From: Candidatus Methylomirabilis oxygeniifera
GTDB taxonomy: Bacteria; Methylomirabilota; Methylomirabilia; Methylomirabilales; Methylomirabilaceae
Reading direction: 5' to 3'
Length of the DNA: 32,000 bases
Assembly (NCBI GenBank): GCA_000091165.1
Contig: FP565575.1
Span: forward strand, 1,470,001 to 1,502,000
Shown: positions 1 through 8,037 of the stretch, in pieces
How the letters are laid out: the number at the start of each line of letters is the position of its first letter
Numbering within the stretch: the stretch's first letter is position 1
Notes under the pieces: generated by a model
Told to the model about the DNA's origin: nothing
Databases searched by the model: none
What the model saw: only the letters and a program-made list of their open reading frames with translations
Made by a program: the position numbers and the translations under genes

Positions 1-257
1 CACGATGTCTGGCCAGGCGCACCTCGCCCACAGCCGGATCGAGGAGCCAGATCTCCCCGGCCTCCATCTCTGTGACCGTCAAGGTGGCATCGAGGACCCG
101 ATCGAGGACCTCGGTGAGGGCCAACGAGCTGCTGGCGGCTTGCCCAACCCTGCTGAGGGCCTCGAGTTGGTTCGTGCGTCGTCTGTATTGCTCGACCTGC
201 GCCTGCAACGCGGCGTCGGATCGGGCTTGCTCCGCGGAGAACGTCTCTTCCGGCATA
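1..257 (-). CDS. GAF-domain sensor protein, N-terminal part only (runs off the left edge)
   Basis: Minus-strand reading from ATG at 257 gives MPEETFSAEQARSDAALQAQVEQYRRRTNQLEALSRVGQAASSSLALTEVLDRVLDATLTVTEMEAGEIWLLDPAVGEVRLARHR..., collinear with HLEALRIVGQIITGSLPIHQILERILDVTVTILEMEAGEICLLD of the 715-1494 ORF. Incomplete, so absent from the ORF track. Confidence 0.75.
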
Positions 258-468
258 ACTATGCTCCACTCTCTCGACGGCGGACACCGTGGTCACAGAT
301 CCGCCTACGTGTCAGTTCCCCTATCCTGGTTGCACAATCGGTCACTCCGACCGGTATCCCCATGGATGATCCGCCCGCGTACCGACGAACATGCAAAATC
401 AACGCCACACTGCTTCTCTCCGATCCTCATGCTTGAGAGGCCCGACAGGTAACGGCTCGTGTGTATCC

Positions 469-588
469 GGAAACACAAAAGCCTTTCATCGAAGATCCGA
501 TGAAAGGCTTCATCGCCCTCTCTCACGACACCGCCATCAGCACCGTTGGCAAGAGATCCACGCCCTGAGAGTGGTATCACCCTCAGGC
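469..588 (-). promoter_or_regulatory. Conserved leader copy A: upstream hairpins plus terminator-like hairpin (479-510)
   Basis: Perfect 13-bp stem AAGCCTTTCATCG (479-491)/CGATGAAAGGCTT (498-510), 6-nt loop, T-rich tail on the minus strand (GGCTTTTGTGTTT). Upstream GTGCTGATGGCGGTG...GAGGGCGATGAAGCC matches the other two leaders. Additional hairpin CCTGAGGGTG-ATAC-CACTCTCAGG at 564-587. Confidence 0.7.
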
Positions 589-668
589 CTCGATTGCCTG
601 AGAGCCGTCAACTACGAGTGTGCACAACTCGACCGCTTTGTCACCAACCTCGCGTCGAGTTGAACGAC

Positions 669-698
669 AGTATAGATGACATCGTGCGCGACTGTCAA
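669..698 (-). promoter_or_regulatory. Sigma-70-type promoter driving leader A / truncated GAF gene
   Basis: Minus strand TTGACA (693-698) - 18 nt - TATACT (669-674). Confidence 0.65.
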
Positions 699-714
699 GT
701 TCCCGTCGCGCCGC

Positions 715-1494
715 CTAATTCACATTATAAGAGCTGAGCATCTGCAGCGCCCTTAACGCGTTGTGGCAGTCGCGGGCGATGCCGGTCTCCGGCTCGTCCG
801 TCGCCCGCAGTCGCGCTGTGGCGACTAACTGATTCTGGGTGCACTGCACCTGTTCAATCTTTGCCGTAAGCTGCTCGATAGAACGCCTGAGTTCCTCGTA
901 CAGGCAGGCGTCCGCCGCAACCATTCCCACGGCTGCTCCGATCGTGATCAGGAGGCGTAGATCTGCCTCTGTGAACGAGCGCGCCCGACACGCGGCGATA
1001 TCGAGGGAACCGATGACCTCCCCTTTGGCCCGCAGCGGGACGGCCACGAAGGTCTTGAAGCCGGCCGTGACCACGCTGCGCCGGAGAAAGCGAGGCTCTT
1101 CCGCCAGATCGGTAATGACCACGGGCTCCCCGGTCTCCACCACCAGCCCGGGAATCCCTTCACCGACGGCAAACCGCGTGCGTTCCAGGAAGGCCTCCTC
1201 GATAAGGCCGTAATGCCGCTCGACGCACACCTCTCCTCGGATCCTATCGAGCAGACAGATCTCCCCGGCCTCCATCTCCAGAATCGTCACGGTCACGTCG
1301 AGGATCCGCTCGAGAATTTGATGGATCGGCAGCGAACCGGTGATGATCTGGCCGACAATGCGAAGAGCCTCCAGGTGTCTGGTGTGGTAGAGGTGCTGTC
1401 TTACCATGGTCTCTACGTCAGCATACAACTTAGTCCCCTTCACCGTCGCCCCCTCCTCCATCACGGCCCGCCTCCTTCCGGGGTATCCATTCAC
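715..1494 (-). CDS. GAF-domain protein
   Basis: Full ORF with a typical GAF core (...ILDVTVTILEMEAGEICLLD...GEGIPGLVVETGEPVVITDLAEEPRFLRRSVVTAGFKTFVAVPLRAKGEVIGSLDIA...FTEADLRLLITIGAAVGMV). GTG start overlaps the stop of the upstream ANTAR gene. Confidence 0.85.
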   Translation of the reverse strand: MNGYPGRRRAVMEEGATVKGTKLYADVETMVRQHLYHTRHLEALRIVGQIITGSLPIHQILERILDVTVTILEMEAGEICLLDRIRGEVCVERHYGLIEEAFLERTRFAVGEGIPGLVVETGEPVVITDLAEEPRFLRRSVVTAGFKTFVAVPLRAKGEVIGSLDIAACRARSFTEADLRLLITIGAAVGMVAADACLYEELRRSIEQLTAKIEQVQCTQNQLVATARLRATDEPETGIARDCHNALRALQMLSSYNVN

Positions 1495-2261
1495 GGCATC
1501 TCCCCGGCCTGCACAATGATCTGCGCAACCGCCGCCAGCCTGAGGTTGCGCGCCTGGCTCTCCCGCTGCAGTTTTCGCATCGCCTCGGCCTCAGATAGTC
1601 GCAGCCGCTCCATAAGGATCCCTTTCGCCTTCTCGACCAGCTTTCGCTCCTCGAGCGCCGTCTCCAGCTCCCGCGTCCGCTGTTCCAAATACCGGACCTT
1701 CGCCTGGAGCTGGCGCACCGTCGCCTCGGAGAAGCGCTCCGGTTGGCCGCCGGGCTCGGGGGCGGGGCCGCCCTGCGCCGGCCGGTCGACGGCGACGGCC
1801 CCCGTCTCGGCCTCCGCGGTGGGCTGCAGGTACAGCCGGACGTCGCAGCCCTCGCGCGCCGCCGTGTCCCGCGGCGCGACTACCACCTTGCCGTAGCCGA
1901 AGCGCTCCGCGGCTATCCGCCGGAGGCTCTCCCACCACAGGTGGCAGAGGGGCGCCGTCTGTCCGCCCTCGTCGCGGCATATCGTACAGGTGAAGCGGAT
2001 ATGATCGGGCGCCACCCGGTACTGCATCGCGCCGCCCAGTTGCTGCGCCAGTCGGACGACGGCCTTGGCGTAGGTGTCCGGGGTGAGGGGTGACGGCGCG
2101 TCCTCGCACGGCGCCTCCGCCATACGCAGGAGGCGGGCGGCGGCGCGCAGGGCCTGCTGCCGTCCCTGCGAGTTGCCCCACTCGTCCAGCAGGCCCGCCG
2201 TGTGCCCGATGAAGTCGCGCAGGAGCGGGACGCGCTTCCCAAGGATCTGCTCATTCACCAT
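1491..2261 (-). CDS. Putative ANTAR-domain RNA-binding antiterminator with Cys-containing N-terminal sensor-like domain
   Basis: C-terminus VRQLQAKVRYLEQRTRELETALEERKLVEKAKGILMERLRLSEAEAMRKLQRESQARNLRLAAVAQIIV is the classic ANTAR signature. N-terminal region has FTCTIC...PLCHLWWESLRRIAAERFGYGKVVV...GCDVRLYLQP. Confidence 0.88.
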   Translation of the reverse strand: MVNEQILGKRVPLLRDFIGHTAGLLDEWGNSQGRQQALRAAARLLRMAEAPCEDAPSPLTPDTYAKAVVRLAQQLGGAMQYRVAPDHIRFTCTICRDEGGQTAPLCHLWWESLRRIAAERFGYGKVVVAPRDTAAREGCDVRLYLQPTAEAETGAVAVDRPAQGGPAPEPGGQPERFSEATVRQLQAKVRYLEQRTRELETALEERKLVEKAKGILMERLRLSEAEAMRKLQRESQARNLRLAAVAQIIVQAGEMP

Positions 2262-2283
2262 GCTCGCCTACTCCCTACCTCCA

Positions 2284-2370
2284 CAAAGACAAAAGCCTCG
2301 CATCCAAGACGAATCGATGCAAGGCTTCATCACCTTCCCCCCTTAGCCACCATCATCAGTACCCCAGGGG
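2284..2370 (-). promoter_or_regulatory. Conserved leader copy B upstream of the ANTAR gene, with terminator-like hairpin (2293-2327)
   Basis: Minus strand GGGGTACTGATGATGGTGGCTAAGGGGGGAAGGGTGATGAAGCCTTGCATC-N11-GATGCGAGGCTTTTGTCTTTG; 12-bp stem with one mismatch, then T-rich tail, Shine-Dalgarno-like GGAGG and ATG at 2261. Confidence 0.7.
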
Positions 2371-2443
2371 ACACACACGATTATATGCTTCCGGCAATCC
2401 GACCGGCTTACGGCTTGATGTTGATCTCACTTTCCTCACATAA

Positions 2444-2472
2444 AGTATAGACCCATGCGTCAGCGAGGTCAA
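2444..2472 (-). promoter_or_regulatory. Sigma-70-type promoter for the ANTAR-GAF operon
   Basis: Minus strand TTGACC (2467-2472) - 17 nt - TATACT (2444-2449); predicts a leader of roughly 175 nt. Confidence 0.65.
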
Positions 2473-2692
2473 TATGCCGCCTGAGTCCATCGGGTGGAGG
2501 GTGAGGGATCGGCACATCACTTGCTTCTCATCACACGCGAATGGGGTTAAGCGGGGGACCGAAGCCGCCGATATACACAACAGCGCGTTGCGTCGGTCGA
2601 CGACGCGCCGCTGCTGCCGACCGGAAAGATTTGCCGCTCTGCGGATCGCTTTTTCCGGAGGAGCGCTCCTGGTCGAACGTAAGTCAGTCAGA

Positions 2693-2812
2693 CCCTGATA
2701 GCGTCGGGACTATCAGGGCGGCGTAATCTCCCCGGCTACTGATGAGGGTGGCCAGGGACAGGGTGACGAAGCCTTTCATCGAATGATCGATGAAAGGCTT
2801 TTATATTTTGTG
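2693..2812 (+). promoter_or_regulatory. Conserved leader copy C upstream of the MCP operon
   Basis: Hairpin CCCTGATAG-N8-CTATCAGGG (2693-2718); hairpin CCCGGCTACT-GATGAG-GGTGGCC(A)GGG (2731-2757); then GGGTGACG and perfect 13-bp stem AAGCCTTTCATCG-AATGAT-CGATGAAAGGCTT (2769-2800) followed by TTATATTTTG. Confidence 0.72.
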
Positions 2813-2886
2813 GCGCAGTAGATCACAGCAAACGGAGCCGGATCCCGAAACGGGAGGTCAGGCTCGCACTATGAGAGGAGAGGATC

Positions 2887-4593
2887 ATGCAGCGGTTTAA
2901 GAATCTCAAGACCATGACCAAATTGTTGCTGGCGTTCGCGATCGTCAGCGTCATCGCAGGCGCGCTGGGCTACTTAGGCATCCGCAACATGGGCATCATG
3001 AACGCCGGCACCGAAAATATCTATCAGGTGCAACTCCTGCCCAGCCTTGAGTTGGCCAGAATGCGCGGCCTCTCGCTCCAGATCCGAGCCCGGGTATGGC
3101 AAGCCATCGCCGCCCCCACCCTCACTGAGGCCATGGATTCGATCGATCGAATCCATGACCTGCAGAAGGAACTCGACGAGGCGCGTGAACAGTTTGTCCC
3201 AACCATCCGGAGCCAGGAGGTACGGGAGACCTTTGAAACCTATGTGAAGGCCGACAAGGAATACGAGACCGTCAGAGAAGAGGGAACCATCAAGGCCATC
3301 CTGGCCGGTAACCGCGAAGCCACCATGACGGCGGCCAAGGTCGCCGGTGAGAAGCTCCAGGTCTCTAACCAGGCCCTCAACCACGTCATCGAGGTCAAAA
3401 AGGGCATCGCGACGAAAAAGTTTGAGGAGGCGCAGTCGGTGTACGCCTCAAGCCGGGTCACGATGATCGGCTTCGTCGTCGGCGGTCTACTGATCGGTCT
3501 GGCGCTGGGATACTTCATCGCGAACCTGATCGCTCAAGCGCTGAAGCGGATCATGGCGGCCACGGAGCTGGCTGCCTCCGGCGATCTCACGGTGCGGATT
3601 GCGGTAGACACCAAGGACGAACTCGGCCTGATGGGGGCGGCATTCAACCGGATGCTGGAGAGTTTCCACGACAGCATGCGGGAGGTGCAACAGGCCTCCA
3701 ACCATACCGCCGCCGCCTCCCAACAGCTCGCCGCCGGCAGCGAGGAGCTCTCCAGCGGCGCCCAGGAGCAGGCTGCCTCCCTGGAAGAGACGGCCGCCTC
3801 TCTGGAACAGATGACCTCGACCGTCAAGCAGAACGCCGACAACGCCCGCCAGGCCAACCAGATGGCGGTCAGCACACGGAACGAGGCCGAGCAGGGCGGA
3901 AGTGTGGTCCAGGCTGCCGTGGCCTCCATGGAGGCGATCAGCGCCTCCTCCAAGCAGATTGCCGCCATCATCACCACCATCGACGAAATCGCCTTCCAGA
4001 CCAACCTGCTGGCGCTGAATGCCGCCGTCGAAGCCGCCCGCGCCGGGGAGCAGGGCCGGGGCTTTGCCGTGGTGGCCAGCGAGGTCCGGGCGCTTGCCCA
4101 GCGATCCGCCGCCGCCTCCAAGGAGATCAAGGCGCTGATCACCGACTCCGTCGCGAAGGTCGAAGACGGGGCCAGGCTGGTCCATCAGTCCGGCGACACC
4201 CTGACCGAGATCATGGCCTCTATCAAGAAGGTGGCCGACCTTGTCGCCGAGATCTCGGCCGCCTCGCAGGAGCAGGCGCAGGGGATCGAGCAGGTCAACA
4301 AGGCCGTCACCCAGATGGATAGTGTCACCCAAAGCAACGCCGCCCAGACCGAGCAACTCAGCTCAACCGCGCAGTCGCTGGCAGCGCAGGCCGAGGAGCT
4401 GTCGGCCCAGGTGGCGAAGTTTAAGTTAGCATATGGGGCAGCGGTCGGCTCTCAGCCGTCCGCCGTCAGCCAGGAACCGAGGAGTAAGGTCGTGCCCTTC
4501 AAAGGCAAGGCGAGGAGCAAGAGCGACGCGCCCAAGGTTGTGGCAGCCGCCACCGGGACCGATGCCGCGTACGGCACGTTTGAGGAGTTCTAG
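2887..4593 (+). CDS. Methyl-accepting chemotaxis protein (transmembrane, HAMP, MCP signalling domain)
   Basis: N-terminal TM, TM near [26 protein letters not shown], and canonical hairpin tip [44 protein letters not shown]. Confidence 0.96.
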   Translation: MQRFKNLKTMTKLLLAFAIVSVIAGALGYLGIRNMGIMNAGTENIYQVQLLPSLELARMRGLSLQIRARVWQAIAAPTLTEAMDSIDRIHDLQKELDEAREQFVPTIRSQEVRETFETYVKADKEYETVREEGTIKAILAGNREATMTAAKVAGEKLQVSNQALNHVIEVKKGIATKKFEEAQSVYASSRVTMIGFVVGGLLIGLALGYFIANLIAQALKRIMAATELAASGDLTVRIAVDTKDELGLMGAAFNRMLESFHDSMREVQQASNHTAAASQQLAAGSEELSSGAQEQAASLEETAASLEQMTSTVKQNADNARQANQMAVSTRNEAEQGGSVVQAAVASMEAISASSKQIAAIITTIDEIAFQTNLLALNAAVEAARAGEQGRGFAVVASEVRALAQRSAAASKEIKALITDSVAKVEDGARLVHQSGDTLTEIMASIKKVADLVAEISAASQEQAQGIEQVNKAVTQMDSVTQSNAAQTEQLSSTAQSLAAQAEELSAQVAKFKLAYGAAVGSQPSAVSQEPRSKVVPFKGKARSKSDAPKVVAAATGTDAAYGTFEEF

Positions 4594-4643
4594 TAGGTAG
4601 ATAGGCTGAAGGCGGGAAGGCTGTTAGGCGACTTCAGTCCTCG

Positions 4644-4679
4644 GTCTTCAGCCTAAACTCCTGCTTGCAGGCTGAAGAC
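4644..4679 (+). repeat. Intergenic hairpin between the two MCP genes
   Basis: GTCTTCAGCCT (4644-4654)/AGGCTGAAGAC (4669-4679), 11-bp perfect stem, 14-nt loop. Confidence 0.6.
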
Positions 4680-4713
4680 TCACTGTTAAGAGACAAGAGA
4701 GGAATCGAAGATC

Positions 4714-6807
4714 ATGCGGCTACAGTGGTTTAAAAATCGTAACATTAAAACGAAGTTAATACTTGGCTTCGGCTTAGCGGGTCTGGCACTGGTAGCAACA
4801 CCATTGGCTGCGTACGTCATGCAGAGCAGCGGGGAAATTCGAACGGCACGTCTGGAGCTGACCGGGCTCGCGCCGTCCAAAGTGCTACTCAGGGTCGTTC
4901 AGTTGACGCAACAGCACCGCGGGCTCTCATCCAATGTGCTAGGCGGAAACACGGCGATGGAGGCGCAACGGGCTGCCAAGCAGGTCGAGGTAGACAAAGC
5001 GGTCGAGACATTCGACGCAATCGTGAAGTCCGAGATCCATGATTCCGCACTCGCGGGCGCCTGGAGCACAACGGTCGAGCGCTGGAGGGCGTTAGCGAGC
5101 AGCGTTTCGTCGCACGCGATCATCGGCAAAGAGAGTGTGGCCAAGCACACGGCGCTGATCGCCGACAACCTGAAGGTACTCGATCTGACATTGGATTATT
5201 TTGGTCTGTCGCTCGACCCGAGTGCGGATAGCTATCATCTGGTTATGGGAGTATTAGTCTATATGCCGGACCTCACCGAACTGCTCGGACAGGCGCGAGC
5301 GCGCGGTTCGCTCTATCTGGCGACCAAAAGTTTGACCGCTGAGGACCGCGTCGAGCTTGCCGCGATCATCGATACGGCGGACAGACAACACGAACAGGTG
5401 GTACGTGAAATCGATAAGGCGATGGCTCTGAACCCTCAGGTGAAGGCCGCGCTGGCCGGCCTCGTACAAAACGGTGCCGGGCTTGTACAAAAGGCAATGG
5501 ATCTCACCAGGACTCATGTAGTAGAGGCTAAGATCCTCAGCTATCCATCGACCGATTACTTTACGGTGTTTACCCAGGTGATTGACGATCAGTTCAAGCT
5601 GCTTTCTGCAGCGACGGAGGAGCTGGATGCGGCTCTCCAGACGCGCATCGCCGAGCTACGGAGCGGACAGGTCAAGATGCTCGGCATCATCGCGTTGGCG
5701 ATTGCGTTGGCGGTGTGGATGGGGACGGTGATTAGCCGTTCAATCAGCGGCCCGGTGCGCGAGGTGATGGGTGCGACAGAAAAGGCAGCGAGTGGCGACT
5801 TGACCGTTCGTGTCAGCCTCGACAGCAAGGACGAGCTCGGCCTGATGGGCGCGGCCTTGAACCGGATGTTGGATAGCTTCCACGACAGCATGCGGGAGGT
5901 GCAGCAGGCCGCCAACCATACTGCCGCTGCCTCCCAGCAGCTCGCCACCGGGTCCGAGCAACTGAGCAGCGGCGCCCAGGAGCAGGCATCTTCCCTGGAA
6001 GAGACGGCGGCCTCCCTGGAGCAGATGACCTCGACCGTCAAGCAGAACGCCGACAACGGCCGCCAGGCCAATCAGATGGCGGTCAGCGCCCGGGATGGGG
6101 CCGAGCAGGGCGGCGCGGTGGTCCGGGAGGCCGTGGCCTCGATGGAGGCGATTACCCAGTCTTCCAAGCAGATCAGTGCGATTATTACTACTATCGACGA
6201 GATCGCCTTCCAGACCAACCTGCTGGCGCTGAATGCCGCCGTCGAAGCGGCCCGCGCCGGCGAGCAGGGAAGAGGATTTGCCGTCGTGGCCAGCGAGGTT
6301 CGGGCGCTCGCGCAACGCTCGGCGGCGGCCTCCAAGGAGATCAAAGCCCTGATCACCGACTCGGTGGCCAAGGTGGAGGAGGGAGCCGCGCTGGTGAATC
6401 AGTCCGGCAACACCCTAACCGAGATCGTGGCCTCCGTTAAGAAGGTCGCCGACCTGATCGCCGAGATCTCGGCTGCCTCGCAGGAGCAGGCGCAGGGGAT
6501 CGAGCAGGTCAACAAGGCCGTCACCCAGATGGATTCGGTCACTCAGAGCAACGCCGCCCAGACCGAGCAACTCAGCTCAACCGCGCAGTCGCTGGCGGCG
6601 CAGGCGGAGGAACTATCGGCCCAGGTGGCCAAATTCAAGCTGGCAGAGGCAGCCGTCAGCGGTCAGCCGTCAGCGGTCAGCCGTACAACCTCCGCCAAGG
6701 TCATTCCACTGAAAGGCAAGGCCAGGGGCAAGGGTGAAGGGCCCCAGCCAGCGGTCGTGGCGGCCACCGGAACCGATGCGACGTACGGCACGTTTGAGGA
6801 GTTTTAG
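4714..6807 (+). CDS. Methyl-accepting chemotaxis protein (larger periplasmic sensor region)
   Basis: TM-sensor-TM-HAMP-MCP layout; signalling domain nearly identical to the upstream MCP, different and longer N-terminal sensor region. Confidence 0.96.
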   Translation: MRLQWFKNRNIKTKLILGFGLAGLALVATPLAAYVMQSSGEIRTARLELTGLAPSKVLLRVVQLTQQHRGLSSNVLGGNTAMEAQRAAKQVEVDKAVETFDAIVKSEIHDSALAGAWSTTVERWRALASSVSSHAIIGKESVAKHTALIADNLKVLDLTLDYFGLSLDPSADSYHLVMGVLVYMPDLTELLGQARARGSLYLATKSLTAEDRVELAAIIDTADRQHEQVVREIDKAMALNPQVKAALAGLVQNGAGLVQKAMDLTRTHVVEAKILSYPSTDYFTVFTQVIDDQFKLLSAATEELDAALQTRIAELRSGQVKMLGIIALAIALAVWMGTVISRSISGPVREVMGATEKAASGDLTVRVSLDSKDELGLMGAALNRMLDSFHDSMREVQQAANHTAAASQQLATGSEQLSSGAQEQASSLEETAASLEQMTSTVKQNADNGRQANQMAVSARDGAEQGGAVVREAVASMEAITQSSKQISAIITTIDEIAFQTNLLALNAAVEAARAGEQGRGFAVVASEVRALAQRSAAASKEIKALITDSVAKVEEGAALVNQSGNTLTEIVASVKKVADLIAEISAASQEQAQGIEQVNKAVTQMDSVTQSNAAQTEQLSSTAQSLAAQAEELSAQVAKFKLAEAAVSGQPSAVSRTTSAKVIPLKGKARGKGEGPQPAVVAATGTDATYGTFEEF

Positions 6808-6825
6808 GAAAGGCTAGAGGGAGAA

Positions 6826-6861
6826 AGACTGAAGGGGGAAGTACCTAAAAGCCTTCAGTCT
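6826..6861 (+). repeat. Intergenic hairpin downstream of the second MCP
   Basis: AGACTGAAGG (6826-6835)/CCTTCAGTCT (6852-6861), 10-bp stem; related in sequence to the 4644-4679 hairpin. Confidence 0.55.
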
Positions 6862-6901
6862 AAACCCCTAACGGCTGAGAACGATGGGGAAAGGAGGCGC
6901 T

Positions 6902-7306
6902 ATGCGAACTGATTATAACCGCGTTGCGGTCGCGGGCTACCTTACGGCAGATTCCGTATGGCGGAAAACCCGCAACGGGCGCTCCGTCACTCATTTCTAT
7001 CTGACGACCCGTCATCACAAACCCACCGGCGATATTGAGACCTCGTCGTTCCAGATCACCGCATTCGGCGACCTCGCTGACCGCTGCGCCGGCCTGCGGG
7101 TGGGACAGGTCGTACGGGTTGAAGGGCGGCTGCACGAGGATCGCTGGATGGGGCCGGACGACCGACGACGCTCGAAGGTCGTGATCGTCGCCACACATAT
7201 GCATCTGGTGCGCGAGTCCACGGAAGCGAACCGCGGGGAGGGCGCTATCATGTCACAGCAAAGACCGGAGGATCATCCGAATGTCGTCGCATGCGCCGCG
7301 GCGTGA
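6902..7306 (+). CDS. Single-stranded DNA-binding protein-like (OB fold)
   Basis: MRTDYNRVAVAGYLTADSVWRKTRNGRSVTHFYLTTRH...QITAFGDLADRCAGLRVGQVVRVEGRLHEDRW resembles the SSB N-terminal core; GGAGG just upstream of ATG at 6902. Confidence 0.8.
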   Translation: MRTDYNRVAVAGYLTADSVWRKTRNGRSVTHFYLTTRHHKPTGDIETSSFQITAFGDLADRCAGLRVGQVVRVEGRLHEDRWMGPDDRRRSKVVIVATHMHLVRESTEANRGEGAIMSQQRPEDHPNVVACAAA

Positions 7307-7341
7307 TAGAGGGGTAACCACAAGGCACGAAGACGGGCGTG

Positions 7342-7371
7342 GCGCTCGGGGCAGTGCAGCCCCCCGAGCGC
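7342..7371. terminator. GC-rich hairpin between convergent ssb-like and PilZ genes
   Basis: GCGCTCGGGG (7342-7351)/CCCCGAGCGC (7362-7371), 10-bp perfect stem; abuts the PilZ stop codon at 7372. No strong T tract. Confidence 0.45.
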
Positions 7372-8037
7372 TCACACCGTTCCGATCCGCGTCTTGACTT
7401 GACATTTCGTAATGAACTGTCTCAGCTTTCTTTCATCCGCTCGCTGTAGAGCCATCATACGGAGTGCGATCCTGCTCTGGTTCTGTCCGAGATGCCTGAA
7501 AGACTCACTCCGGACGACCCTCGCGGCAGCATGAATGGGCGACTCGCCGCGGGAGAGCGTCATCGAGAGCTCGACGGCATCCTCCGCCTCGAGGCGCCCA
7601 CTGAATACGATGAGAAGTCCGCCACAACTGATGTTCACTGCTGTGGCTCGTTCTCGCTTCACCGGCGTCCGCTCGCCTTTCGGTAGAATCAATTCTACGT
7701 CGAACAGGCACGGCTGCCTCACGTCTTCTCTTCTCTGAACTCGGCGTACCTCTCCAGGGGGCGACAGATGCAGCAGGAGGCCGGACGAGTGGAGCAGCGT
7801 GGAGCGAAAACGATAGAGGGCATCGTCGGCTGTCGCTGATACCTGCACGTCTCTCGCCGAGTTCCGAGACGTTGTCGACACGCCCCCGTCTTTGTCATGA
7901 GTCAGCGACACGACGAGTGTCTGCGAATCGATGCGCACGATGGTCCCGATCATTGAAACGGGAGGATCGGCGAACTCAACCTGCACCTTGAGGCCGTTAC
8001 AGATCTTGCTCTCCACTTCGATCTCCCAACTCCGCAC
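7372..8037 (-). CDS. PilZ-domain flagellar brake-like protein (YcgR-type)
   Basis: RRVQRREDVR...NISCGGLLI matches the PilZ c-di-GMP-binding RxxxR...(D/N)xSxGG pattern, with a YcgR-like N-terminal domain. Confidence 0.8.
   Translation of the reverse strand: MRSWEIEVESKICNGLKVQVEFADPPVSMIGTIVRIDSQTLVVSLTHDKDGGVSTTSRNSARDVQVSATADDALYRFRSTLLHSSGLLLHLSPPGEVRRVQRREDVRQPCLFDVELILPKGERTPVKRERATAVNISCGGLLIVFSGRLEAEDAVELSMTLSRGESPIHAAARVVRSESFRHLGQNQSRIALRMMALQRADERKLRQFITKCQVKTRIGTV

Noticed and set aside
1591-2181. 196-aa minus-strand ORF inside the ANTAR gene
   Set aside because: Alternate frame of a high-GC gene; Gly/Arg/Ala-rich and featureless.
2769-2800. Simple rho-independent terminator of an upstream gene
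   Set aside because: On its own it would pass as one, but it has no upstream gene in that orientation and is conserved with ~40 nt of flanking leader in three loci, always just before a gene.
2693-2812. c-di-GMP (GEMM) riboswitch upstream of the MCP
   Set aside because: MCPs are common GEMM targets and GGGTGACGAAGCC is superficially similar to GGGACGCAAAGCC, but the GCAAAcc/GAAA tetraloop core and receptor are not visible. A covariance search should still be run.
3487-4356. Long minus-strand ORF (289 aa, Gly/Leu/Asp-rich)
   Set aside because: Entirely antisense to the MCP1 coding region; composition is that of a high-GC shadow frame of the repetitive MCP signalling domain. The same applies to 5740-6315, 5589-6071 and 3534-4142.
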